The notes below the pieces were generated by a model, which ran no database searches, was not told the origin of the DNA, and saw only the letters and a program-made list of their open reading frames with translations. Positions 54,870-62,546 of a stretch of DNA of 64,000 nt are shown here, in pieces; within the stretch, counting starts at the first letter, position 1; each line of letters opens with the position of its first letter. Source of the DNA: an uncultured Coriobacteriaceae bacterium (GTDB lineage: Bacteria > Actinomycetota > Coriobacteriia > Coriobacteriales > QAMH01). The DNA lies in the NCBI GenBank assembly GCA_900544245.1, contig UQUH01000001.1:5928-69927 (forward strand). The letters are read 5' to 3'. Both the position numbers and the translations under genes were made by a program.

Positions 54870-54884
54870 TATGCAAATGGCACA
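54870..54884. promoter_or_regulatory. Palindromic site S3 (reverse complement TGTGCCATTTGCATA)
   Basis: TATGCAAATGGCACA lies 103 nt upstream of ATG 54987. Its reverse complement matches S2 at 14/15 positions. Confidence 0.55.
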
Positions 54885-54986
54885 AGTGTGATGTGAATTC
54901 TAGTTTCATTGCGTAATGGATATCAACTTTTTGCTCCCATAGGATATATCCGTTGGTCGCGATTGGCTCAAGGCGAGGTGTTCACA

Positions 54987-56261
54987 ATGGAGAAATCGCA
55001 ACTGGATGCGTACCTCCGACGCATGGGGCTGGACTGCGCGGGAGACCCAAGCGCAGAATTGCTGAGGGTGCTTCAGGAACGCCATATTTACACGATCCCT
55101 GTTGAGAATCTGGATATCGTCAGAGGCGAGACACCTCCGTCACTCGATATCGATGACCTCTTCGAGAAAATTGTGGTTAGAAGACGAGGAGGAGTGAGTT
55201 TCGAGCTCAATTTGCTATTCGCTGACGCACTGCAAAGCCTTGGATATGACGTTGATCTTCTACTTGCAGAGTGCTTTCAATGCGGGCGCAGACTCAATCA
55301 TGCCCTCCTTCTTGTCCGAGTAAAAGACGGCAGCGAATGGATTGTCGATGTTGGTCATATTGAGAATTTTCACACGCCCCTATTGTTTGAGCCTCGAATC
55401 TGGCAAAGCGACGGCAAGGACGAATACACGTTTAGACGGCATAAAGATGATGAATTAGAGTGGAGTCTTGTGAGGCGAAGGTCCGGCAGAGAGCGGACCG
55501 TCTGCGTTCTGAGTCTCGAGCGCAGGGAGCCAAGTGATTATCGCTTGCAGTGCAATCGGTTTTGCAGTGATAAGAGTAACCGATTTACCTTGAGTCCGTA
55601 CGCATCTATCAAGAGGAGCGAAGGTCGCATCACGCTTCTGCATGACACCGTAATTAACGCCTGTACGAAAGAGATGCCACGTCCTCTCATACGCGATAGG
55701 GAGGAGCTCTGCTCCACGTTACGAGATACTTTTGGAATAGAGCTTGAGGCGGATAATCTGTTCGATGGCGAAGAATCTGATGCTGCCATGCCGACATACA
55801 GGAGGGTGCTCGCAGTTTTGAATGGGGCCTCGAATGCGGAGAGCGTTGTTAGAGCGGCGGCACAGATGGCTCTAGATGAGAATGCCCATCTGAGGTTCGT
55901 TTGCGCTTTGGATGAAGCCGGGAGGCATGACACTAGCATAAGCTTCTCGAAGTATGTGCAAGAGTCACGCCATGCACTTCAAGACTACGTGCACAGCATA
56001 CTTGATTTGATGGGAATTCGCAGTCTACTTATCGGCGCAGAAGTCGTCGTGCAAGGATTCAATAGGCTTGTCGGGGCGACCATAGATATGCCGACTGGAT
56101 TTACGCCACAGATGTTTGCAGAGCACATGGTATTGCCCTTTTGTCCGGATGTCATCATATGCGGCAGAGATTCGCGCTCCAAGGTAAAACGCATGTTCTC
56201 GGGCGATATGGCGAGTTACCTCGACAGACATCTTGAATGTGATGTCAAAGTGATTTCGTAA
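54987..56261 (+). CDS. Arylamine N-acetyltransferase (NAT)-like domain with Ser in the catalytic Cys position, fused to a universal stress protein (Usp) domain
   Basis: The NAT fold is LDAYLRRMGL...HIYTIPVENLDI...RRGGVSFELNLLF (canonical RGGYCFELN)...NHALLLVRV...WIVDVGH. The C-terminal Usp-like part is RVLAVLNGASNAESVV...DVIICGRDSRS...MFSGDMASYLDRHLECDVKVI. ATG 54987 lies 7 nt after GAGGTG. Confidence 0.75.
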   Translation: MEKSQLDAYLRRMGLDCAGDPSAELLRVLQERHIYTIPVENLDIVRGETPPSLDIDDLFEKIVVRRRGGVSFELNLLFADALQSLGYDVDLLLAECFQCGRRLNHALLLVRVKDGSEWIVDVGHIENFHTPLLFEPRIWQSDGKDEYTFRRHKDDELEWSLVRRRSGRERTVCVLSLERREPSDYRLQCNRFCSDKSNRFTLSPYASIKRSEGRITLLHDTVINACTKEMPRPLIRDREELCSTLRDTFGIELEADNLFDGEESDAAMPTYRRVLAVLNGASNAESVVRAAAQMALDENAHLRFVCALDEAGRHDTSISFSKYVQESRHALQDYVHSILDLMGIRSLLIGAEVVVQGFNRLVGATIDMPTGFTPQMFAEHMVLPFCPDVIICGRDSRSKVKRMFSGDMASYLDRHLECDVKVIS

Positions 56262-56324
56262 TCCATATCGCGCTGCTTTAGGCACGCTGGGAGGCTTAGC
56301 GCATCCCTCCACACCCCCTGTACG

Positions 56325-57134
56325 ATGCTGAGCCTCCTACATGCCGTCTTTTGCATGAGCGCTGCCTTCGAATACGTTCACGAGGGCTTTCCGGGTGGGT
56401 ATAATCGCGGCATGGAAGAATACTTCGACGAAATCATCCTGCTTGTCGCATGTGCGGCGGTGTCGCTTTGCTTCGCCGATGCGAATCACGTGGTCATCGG
56501 GATCCTGCTTTCGGTTTCGCTCGTGTGCATATGTGACATGGTAGGGCTTCGGTGGCGAATCATTGCCCAGCTCGCGTTTCTCATCTGCGCGTTCGCGTTT
56601 CCCGCCGTGCTTCCCTTTTTGCCCGTGTGCGCTTACGTCATGCTGCATGAGCGCATGTGGCTCCTACGCGTCGTCTGGGTCGTTCCGCTTGTGGTGGCAC
56701 TGTCTTTTGGCGGATGCGCTGCCGTCGAAGGGGCGGTCATTGCCATCGCATGCGCGGCAGCCGTCCTGATGGGAGTCAAGGATGCTCGCATGCGTGCGGA
56801 GCGCATGGGTATGCGATTCGCGTTCGACGACTTGCGCGAACGCAATCTCGGGCTGCTTTCGGAACGCGAGCTCGACACGAGGACGCAAGGTGTCCAGGGC
56901 GCGTCGGGCATGCAGGCGCAGGATGCGCAAGCGCGGACCGCGGGACCTTTCTGCAATCTCACGGAGCGGGAGTATGCGGTGGCCAAGCTCGTTGCCGAGG
57001 GTATGGACAACCGCGATATCGCGGCGAGTCTCTTCTTGTCCGAGGGCACGGTGCGCAACCACATCAGCTCGATTCTTGGCAAGCTCGAGCTGAGCAATCG
57101 CACGCAAATCGCCATCATGTACTACAAGGGATAG
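56325..57134 (+). CDS. Membrane-anchored LuxR-family transcriptional regulator
   Basis: About 5 N-terminal TM helices precede the C-terminal LuxR HTH LTEREYAVAKLVAEGMDNRDIAASLFLSEGTVRNHISSILGKLELSNRTQ. The start is uncertain (56325 or ATG 56412). Confidence 0.8.
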   Translation: MLSLLHAVFCMSAAFEYVHEGFPGGYNRGMEEYFDEIILLVACAAVSLCFADANHVVIGILLSVSLVCICDMVGLRWRIIAQLAFLICAFAFPAVLPFLPVCAYVMLHERMWLLRVVWVVPLVVALSFGGCAAVEGAVIAIACAAAVLMGVKDARMRAERMGMRFAFDDLRERNLGLLSERELDTRTQGVQGASGMQAQDAQARTAGPFCNLTEREYAVAKLVAEGMDNRDIAASLFLSEGTVRNHISSILGKLELSNRTQIAIMYYKG

Positions 57135-57186
57135 CGGGACAAATGGACAGACCATTTGTCCCATTTCGCTTTCGACAGGAGCAGCA

Positions 57187-57504
57187 ATGGGGTTTCTAGA
57201 GGCGGTTCAGAAGAAAATCGACGAAAGGCAGGCGAAGTGGGATGCCCAAGGGCCGTCGGACTTCGATGCGTGGGACAAGGCCGAGATCGAGTACCTGGAG
57301 GGCATACGTGACGAGCTCGAGCGCGGCGTCGAGCCTAAGGCCGTGTACGAGAGGCTCAAGGCCGAACTTCCCGAGCTCGAGGAACGGGTTGCGGGCGAGG
57401 AGGCGTGCTACACCTTCGATTGGTATGACGATCACCATTACGAGAAGATCTACTCCGGACGCCTTATGGCCTGCCGGGCTCTTCTGGAACTCTACGAGCG
57501 GTAA
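57187..57504 (+). CDS. Hypothetical helical protein (105 aa)
   Basis: The ORF has normal composition and ATG 57187. No family was recognised. Confidence 0.5.
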   Translation: MGFLEAVQKKIDERQAKWDAQGPSDFDAWDKAEIEYLEGIRDELERGVEPKAVYERLKAELPELEERVAGEEACYTFDWYDDHHYEKIYSGRLMACRALLELYER

Positions 57505-57517
57505 AGGCAGTTGCGAC

Positions 57518-58162
57518 TCATGTGATGTAGCGCCAGCAAAGGGAGTCACCCGGCTTCAGGACGTAGTTGCAGGCTGCCGTCATGGGCATGTTCCCGTTGA
57601 CGCTATAGGTCCATCCGCTGGCGGCGCCCATCATCTTTTCGGCCAAGCCGCCGATTGCGGAGACGTACGAGGGCGTCCCCGTAAGGGAAAGCCCGGTGCT
57701 CCTCAGGGCGTCGTAGGCGCTTGAGTTGGCGGGGAGCCGCAACGATTTCGAGGCCATGGCCGCCGGAAACCCGAGTGATTCTGCGGCGGAGCTATCCACG
57801 AGAATCGATACCGTTATCGGGGCGCTTTCCGGCGTTTGCGACGAGGGCTCCGTTTCCGGGACCGGTGACGCCACATTGCCGCCGGCGCCACCGGTCCTGT
57901 CGGAATCCACGGGATTTGTCGCATTGTCGGCGACGGGCAAGGGGCCCTCTCCGGTCGAGCCTGTGATGGCTTGGGAAGACTCGACCGGCGTCGTCTCGCT
58001 TGACGCAAGGCCTCCGACGGTTCCTGTCTGGAATATCGCGACCAGCGAAAGCGCCACGCATGCTAGCGACAGTGCACCAAGAAGCGCACCCGCCGTTCTT
58101 CTATCGGGTTTGCCCGGTTTCACGCTAGCTCTGCTTACGAGTGCCGGAGATGAAGAGGGCAA
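57518..58162 (-). CDS. Membrane-anchored DUF4430 (transcobalamin-like C-terminal domain) protein
   Basis: An N-terminal TM helix (LLGALSLACVALSLVAIF) and a low-complexity linker precede the DUF4430-like core ITVSILVDSS...NSSAYDALRSTGLSLTG..YVSAIGGLAE...GWTYSVNG...LKPGDSLCWRY. The start overlaps the upstream gene by 38 nt. Confidence 0.7.
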   Translation of the reverse strand: MPSSSPALVSRASVKPGKPDRRTAGALLGALSLACVALSLVAIFQTGTVGGLASSETTPVESSQAITGSTGEGPLPVADNATNPVDSDRTGGAGGNVASPVPETEPSSQTPESAPITVSILVDSSAAESLGFPAAMASKSLRLPANSSAYDALRSTGLSLTGTPSYVSAIGGLAEKMMGAASGWTYSVNGNMPMTAACNYVLKPGDSLCWRYIT

Positions 58163-61100
58163 TGGACACCGCTACGCCTCCAAGTGATAGGAACAAAAAG
58201 ACATAGGCCATCAGCCCCTGGTATTTGACAGCGTCTTGCATGGTTGACCCGGCGGCGGCAAGGGGAGTTTCGTTTTCGTAGACCGCTTGCTCGGAAATGG
58301 CGGGGTCTGTCGGCGCGGAAAGCGCGATGGTGGATGACGGACTTGCGGAATATAGCATCGCTTCATCGTCCTGTACGCTGTCTGATTCCTGCCTTTCCCC
58401 TGGTGCATGCCCCCCTTCTCCAGATTCGGCAGGCGAGATCGCAAGGGCAAAGAGCCTGCCCGAATCATTGACGTAATAAAAGCGACCGAGACCATATGCT
58501 ATGGAGCCCATCGAGTAATTGTGCATTCCCGCAGGCGGGTCGAAGGCAAGCGTGGCCTGCGTGCCTCCGAGACGATAGGCGTAAACGCCGCCACCTCCCG
58601 TGTAGTCGGGGTATTCGCCAATCGCTCCGTTGCAGGTGAATAGCGCGATGATGCCGTCAGCATCGCGGATCAGGGTCGGCATGCTCTTGACCTCACCGGG
58701 AAGAGGCGTGCCGTTTGCGGTGTCCGCGCTGCCAAGTAACCTCATGCTCTGCGCGTCGATGGCCGTGAGCATGCCCTGGCCATTCTTGCTGCCCCCGACG
58801 TAGATGACGCCGTCGGCTATGGCAGGACTCGACGTGGAGTAGTCCGCGAAGGTGACGCGTGCCAACTCCCGGGGCTGGCCTGTACTTCCCACCGTGACCT
58901 TGTGCAAGACGCCATCAGTGGTGACCACGTAGGCGACGTCGCTCGAGCTGACGATGGTGGAGCGCACGGGGGCGCCAAGGTCGAGTGTCCCTGAGGCGGT
59001 GCCCGTCATCGAGTCCTTTGCGATAGCGCGAAGTTGTCCGTCGTCCCCTGCCGCGAGAAGGAATCCGTTTAGATGGGCCGCTCCCGTCCAGTAGTATCCG
59101 GCGTCCTGGTTTCTTTGGATCCAGCGTACGGCGCCCGTCTTCAGGTCGACACACAGGGAGTACCCTCCATGGGTTTTCGCCCAATCGGCCTCTGCGGTGA
59201 ATGCGTAGACGCAATCGTCCCCGAGGGTGAGCGTCGAGAGCGATTGCTGCTCATAGACACTCGGGACGGTCGATCCGGAAACGCTGACGGCATGGGCGGG
59301 GAGCGCGTCCGTGAGCCAGACCGTCGTGAGGTCAAGCGCGGAAAGCGCCTGGAGGCGTCCGTTGTTGACGGGCACTATCACCATGCCGTTCGCGTAGACG
59401 GGGCGACATCCGTAAGCGGTCGATTCGGCGAGTGCGGTGCTGGCGACGACGGATCCCGTCACGGCATCGATTTTGAATATCTGGCTGCCCGAGGTGAAGA
59501 AGACGAAGTCTCCGGCCATGACGGGTTCGGACCATGAAGCGTACGATCCTTGGGCAAAGTCCAAGGTCCAATCGCTCGAAAGGCTGGAGATTGTGGTCTG
59601 GATGGTGGCGGGATTGGTGCCAGCAGCCCCGTACGATTTCCACGGCGCGTCCCAGTTGGCGAGAGGGACATCGGGCGTGATGGGGATGTCCGGTTTGGTC
59701 ATCGTGCCCGTGGCGTCGATGTAGACGAGCTCGATCACGTCTCCGTCTTTGGGATAGTATCCGCTCGGGAGAGAACCAGCGTAGACGCCGTTGACGAAGA
59801 AGGACCAGTAGGACCACGGGGCACCTGAGCTCATCGCTAGGGTTTGGGTGCGATCGGGCGTGGTGATGGAATAGGGGCATCCTCCGTTGAGGTTGTAGAA
59901 GTAACCGGCGTCATTGAGCATGCCGGCAAAGATGTCCCAGGCCGAAACGCGCGTCGTCGATGTCACGGTATAGTTGGACGTGGGAATCCATGCGACTTGC
60001 TGGAAGCTCGCGCCCGGGGCGTGCGGGGTGACCCCCGTCACGCGTACGGTGACGTCAAGGGTCATGGGGTTCTTGGGATCTTCGGGCGTGGGATTGACGG
60101 GCTCGACGGGTTCGCCGAGTTGAATCGGCTTGCGTGTGGGTCCGGCTTCCATGACGTTGAAGCCGGCATCGACGAGGCACTTGAGGTACTTCCCAGCATA
60201 GGATTGGGGGATGACGAAGGAGCTCGCGTGGACGTTCTCGTCGTCGAGCTCGACGTAGTCTCCGTCATAGGAGTCTGATATGAGCCAGGTGTAGTTGAGC
60301 TGGTCTGCCGAGAGGTAGTCACCGGCCGTTCCCGCCGCGCTCGTTTCCCGTGCGCTGACGCCGATGGTGCGGCCCGTCCAGAACGTGAAGTTTTCGTCAG
60401 CTGGTGTCTGGTCGAGGGCGGCGTAGTAGAGCTCGCGGGTGCCTGCTTTGCGGAAGGGGCCCGCTGCGTAAACATCAGGGGTCGTCACGGTGTTGTCACC
60501 GGCGTTCGCGCTGACCGCGACCCAGCAGCCTTCGAGGTTTTCGGGGACGGTGAGCTCGGATCCGGCCGCGCCTTCGATCTTGTGCCATTCGGGCTCTACA
60601 GGCCCGTAACCGGGGCGCGTGTCAGTCCAGTACCAGGTGTAGTTGACGTTCTCACTCACTGGAGTTTCGCCCCATGAGCTGTTCGTGTAGGGCTGCGCCA
60701 CGAGCTTGTCGCCGATGAATTTGGCAGAAGAGGCATTGAGGATCTCGATGCGGGAAAGCGTCGTGACTCCACGGGGAAGGATGCGGCCCACCGGGGACTC
60801 GCATTGATCGTGACCGGGAATGCCGTTCTTTGCTGTGGCCACCACCTTGATAAAGCGGCCCGAGGGCTCGTCGGCATGGAATATGGCGCCAGTTGCCACC
60901 TCGGTGAAGGGGCCGTTCTTGGATTCGGCGGTTTGCCAGGAGAAGTCAACCTCGTCGGGGCCGTAGAGGGTGTTCGGGTCATCGAAGTCGTAGGAGGCAG
61001 CTTTCAACGTGTCTCCTACATGGCAATCAGGCGTAGTTTCGAGCTCGGAGCCGAAGTCAGCGCCGTTCGTTGATATCAGCACATAGTCGAGATTGATCTG

Positions 61101-62273
61101 GCCGGGCAGAACAACAGGGCCGGGGGTGTAATAAGAGGTGGAGGAGGGGGTGTCGAACGACCCACTTGGCCCGTATATCGTGCGATCGTCGCCCGTTATA
61201 CGCACGCGGATGTATGCACCGGAAAGTTTTGTCGCGAGCTCTTTGGTGAGCGTGAGAGAAGCCGATGTCTGTCCCTCGATAGGCGTATATTCTGCGTCGG
61301 GTGCTTTTTGATCGAAAGAATAAAGCCATTGGAAGGACCAGCGGTCCTGGGTGGCGATGCGTGCGTCGGGGGACGCTTCGGAGTCGTAGACGTTGGCCCA
61401 AAGGACATCGCCTACTTCGAGGGCGCCGTTTACGGTAGAGGAGGTCGAGGCGGTATCACCTGAACCCTGGATGAGTACGTAGGATTTGCCGTCGAGCGCA
61501 GTCTTTGCGGGAACGGGCTTCTTGATGGGGCCGCAGGCGGTCAGGCTCCTGTAGGCGGTTGGCCGCTTTGGCCCGTCGATGGATACGTCTCCGCAACTAA
61601 TGCGCACGCGCAGGTATTTGCCGTCGAGCTGGGTCCTCAATTCGTCGGTGAGAACGAGGGAAGAGCTCGTCTGGCCTTCGATGGGAGCAAAATCCAGTGC
61701 GCTTGTCGAGGAGCCGTAGAGCCATTGATAGCTCCACGTCGCGTCGTTATCCACGCGTTTGTTCTTCGATGCCCATGCGACGGCATAGAGGGTTTCGTTT
61801 CTTTGCAGATTTCCGCTCAGGGCACTCGTCGTCGCAGGTTTCTGCGACCGTGAGATCATCGCGAAGCTCGCCCTTTCCAGGGAGTTCGATTGGGCTTGGG
61901 CAGCGAGGGCGCTTTCGGTGATGGAGGCGGGGTCTTGCGCGGGTGCAGGAGAGGTGGCCGCGGGCGTGATGGATGGGCTTTCCGGATGGGATGCCACGTG
62001 ATCCAAAGACGCATCCTCGGCGCCGAGGTCACCGTCCCCGTCGGAAATCGCCTTGCCATCGGCATCGGGACCATCGGCCATGTTGCCTTCGCGCGTCATA
62101 GGGGCAGTTTCCTCGATAGCGGCGGAGTCATCGGATGTTTCAGGAGGCTCTGCCGCCCAAGTTACGGCCGGCACCAACGACCAGACGAGGACCAAGCTCA
62201 AGATGATGGAGAGGAACGCGCGGCTGCGCACCGCAAGGGCGCCCTTCTTGGGCGCATGGGTTTGTCTGCTCAT
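58125..62273 (-). CDS. 1382-aa secreted/anchored surface protein: signal peptide, acidic linker, five tandem ~100-aa beta-sandwich repeats, DUF4430-like domain, PQQ-like beta-propeller and C-terminal TM anchor
   Basis: I chose ATG 62273 (MSRQTHAPKKGALAVRSRAFLSIILSLVLVWSLVPAVTWA, a signal peptide). The repeats carry W-x-(Y/F)-x-W...IEGQTS(A/S)SL.LT...G.Y(I/L)RVRI. The DUF4430-like segment is VRVTGV...SAWDIF...YWSFFVNG...PKDGDVIELVY. Repeated propeller strands occur (e.g. GVIYVGG, GRLFALA). The tail is MAYVFLFLSLGGVAVSIALFISGTRKQS. Confidence 0.8.
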   Translation of the reverse strand: MSRQTHAPKKGALAVRSRAFLSIILSLVLVWSLVPAVTWAAEPPETSDDSAAIEETAPMTREGNMADGPDADGKAISDGDGDLGAEDASLDHVASHPESPSITPAATSPAPAQDPASITESALAAQAQSNSLERASFAMISRSQKPATTSALSGNLQRNETLYAVAWASKNKRVDNDATWSYQWLYGSSTSALDFAPIEGQTSSSLVLTDELRTQLDGKYLRVRISCGDVSIDGPKRPTAYRSLTACGPIKKPVPAKTALDGKSYVLIQGSGDTASTSSTVNGALEVGDVLWANVYDSEASPDARIATQDRWSFQWLYSFDQKAPDAEYTPIEGQTSASLTLTKELATKLSGAYIRVRITGDDRTIYGPSGSFDTPSSTSYYTPGPVVLPGQINLDYVLISTNGADFGSELETTPDCHVGDTLKAASYDFDDPNTLYGPDEVDFSWQTAESKNGPFTEVATGAIFHADEPSGRFIKVVATAKNGIPGHDQCESPVGRILPRGVTTLSRIEILNASSAKFIGDKLVAQPYTNSSWGETPVSENVNYTWYWTDTRPGYGPVEPEWHKIEGAAGSELTVPENLEGCWVAVSANAGDNTVTTPDVYAAGPFRKAGTRELYYAALDQTPADENFTFWTGRTIGVSARETSAAGTAGDYLSADQLNYTWLISDSYDGDYVELDDENVHASSFVIPQSYAGKYLKCLVDAGFNVMEAGPTRKPIQLGEPVEPVNPTPEDPKNPMTLDVTVRVTGVTPHAPGASFQQVAWIPTSNYTVTSTTRVSAWDIFAGMLNDAGYFYNLNGGCPYSITTPDRTQTLAMSSGAPWSYWSFFVNGVYAGSLPSGYYPKDGDVIELVYIDATGTMTKPDIPITPDVPLANWDAPWKSYGAAGTNPATIQTTISSLSSDWTLDFAQGSYASWSEPVMAGDFVFFTSGSQIFKIDAVTGSVVASTALAESTAYGCRPVYANGMVIVPVNNGRLQALSALDLTTVWLTDALPAHAVSVSGSTVPSVYEQQSLSTLTLGDDCVYAFTAEADWAKTHGGYSLCVDLKTGAVRWIQRNQDAGYYWTGAAHLNGFLLAAGDDGQLRAIAKDSMTGTASGTLDLGAPVRSTIVSSSDVAYVVTTDGVLHKVTVGSTGQPRELARVTFADYSTSSPAIADGVIYVGGSKNGQGMLTAIDAQSMRLLGSADTANGTPLPGEVKSMPTLIRDADGIIALFTCNGAIGEYPDYTGGGGVYAYRLGGTQATLAFDPPAGMHNYSMGSIAYGLGRFYYVNDSGRLFALAISPAESGEGGHAPGERQESDSVQDDEAMLYSASPSSTIALSAPTDPAISEQAVYENETPLAAAGSTMQDAVKYQGLMAYVFLFLSLGGVAVSIALFISGTRKQS

Positions 62274-62299
62274 GCAGATACACCTACTTCCAGGGCTAT

Positions 62300-62470
62300 C
62301 GTGCAATGGGCAGGTATTCCGACTTTGCCTCGACTGAAGTGTCTGGTGCGCAACCACCATCCCATGCGGCTCGAAAGCCATACGGGACTCGACACCCCAT
62401 CAGCTCATACGGTTCCTGGTAGAGCGGGGGATTCTCACCCCCATTCCCCTCAGTCGGACAACCTCTTGCT
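62300..62470 (-). promoter_or_regulatory. Cobalamin (B12) riboswitch-like leader of the surface-protein operon
   Basis: The minus strand carries GAGGGGAAUGGGGGUGAGAAUCCCCCGC (62424-62451), ACCGUA, GCCGCAUGG and a B12-box-like AAGUCGGAAUACCUGCCC (62308-62325). UCCGACU (62452-62458) can pair with AGUCGGA (62318-62324) to close the aptamer. The RBS GGAAGUAGGUG follows. Confidence 0.7.
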
Positions 62471-62518
62471 CCCCGACCGGCGCGATGCCTCGCGCAGCCC
62501 ATCAAGGCCAATGCGGCA

Positions 62519-62527
62519 AGTATAGCA
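62519..62527 (-). promoter_or_regulatory. Extended -10 promoter candidate for the riboswitch-led operon
   Basis: The minus strand reads TGCTATACT, which fits TGnTATACT. I see no good -35 element. It lies just downstream of the ClC gene stop. Confidence 0.4.
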
Positions 62528-62546
62528 CCCGTATGCGAAGCAGGAG

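Noticed and set aside
62274-62381. Upstream extension of the giant surface-protein ORF (track start 62381)
   Set aside because: It would bury the signal peptide 36 residues inside the protein and would run through the B12-box and RBS region of the riboswitch-like leader. ATG 62273 gives a canonical signal peptide.
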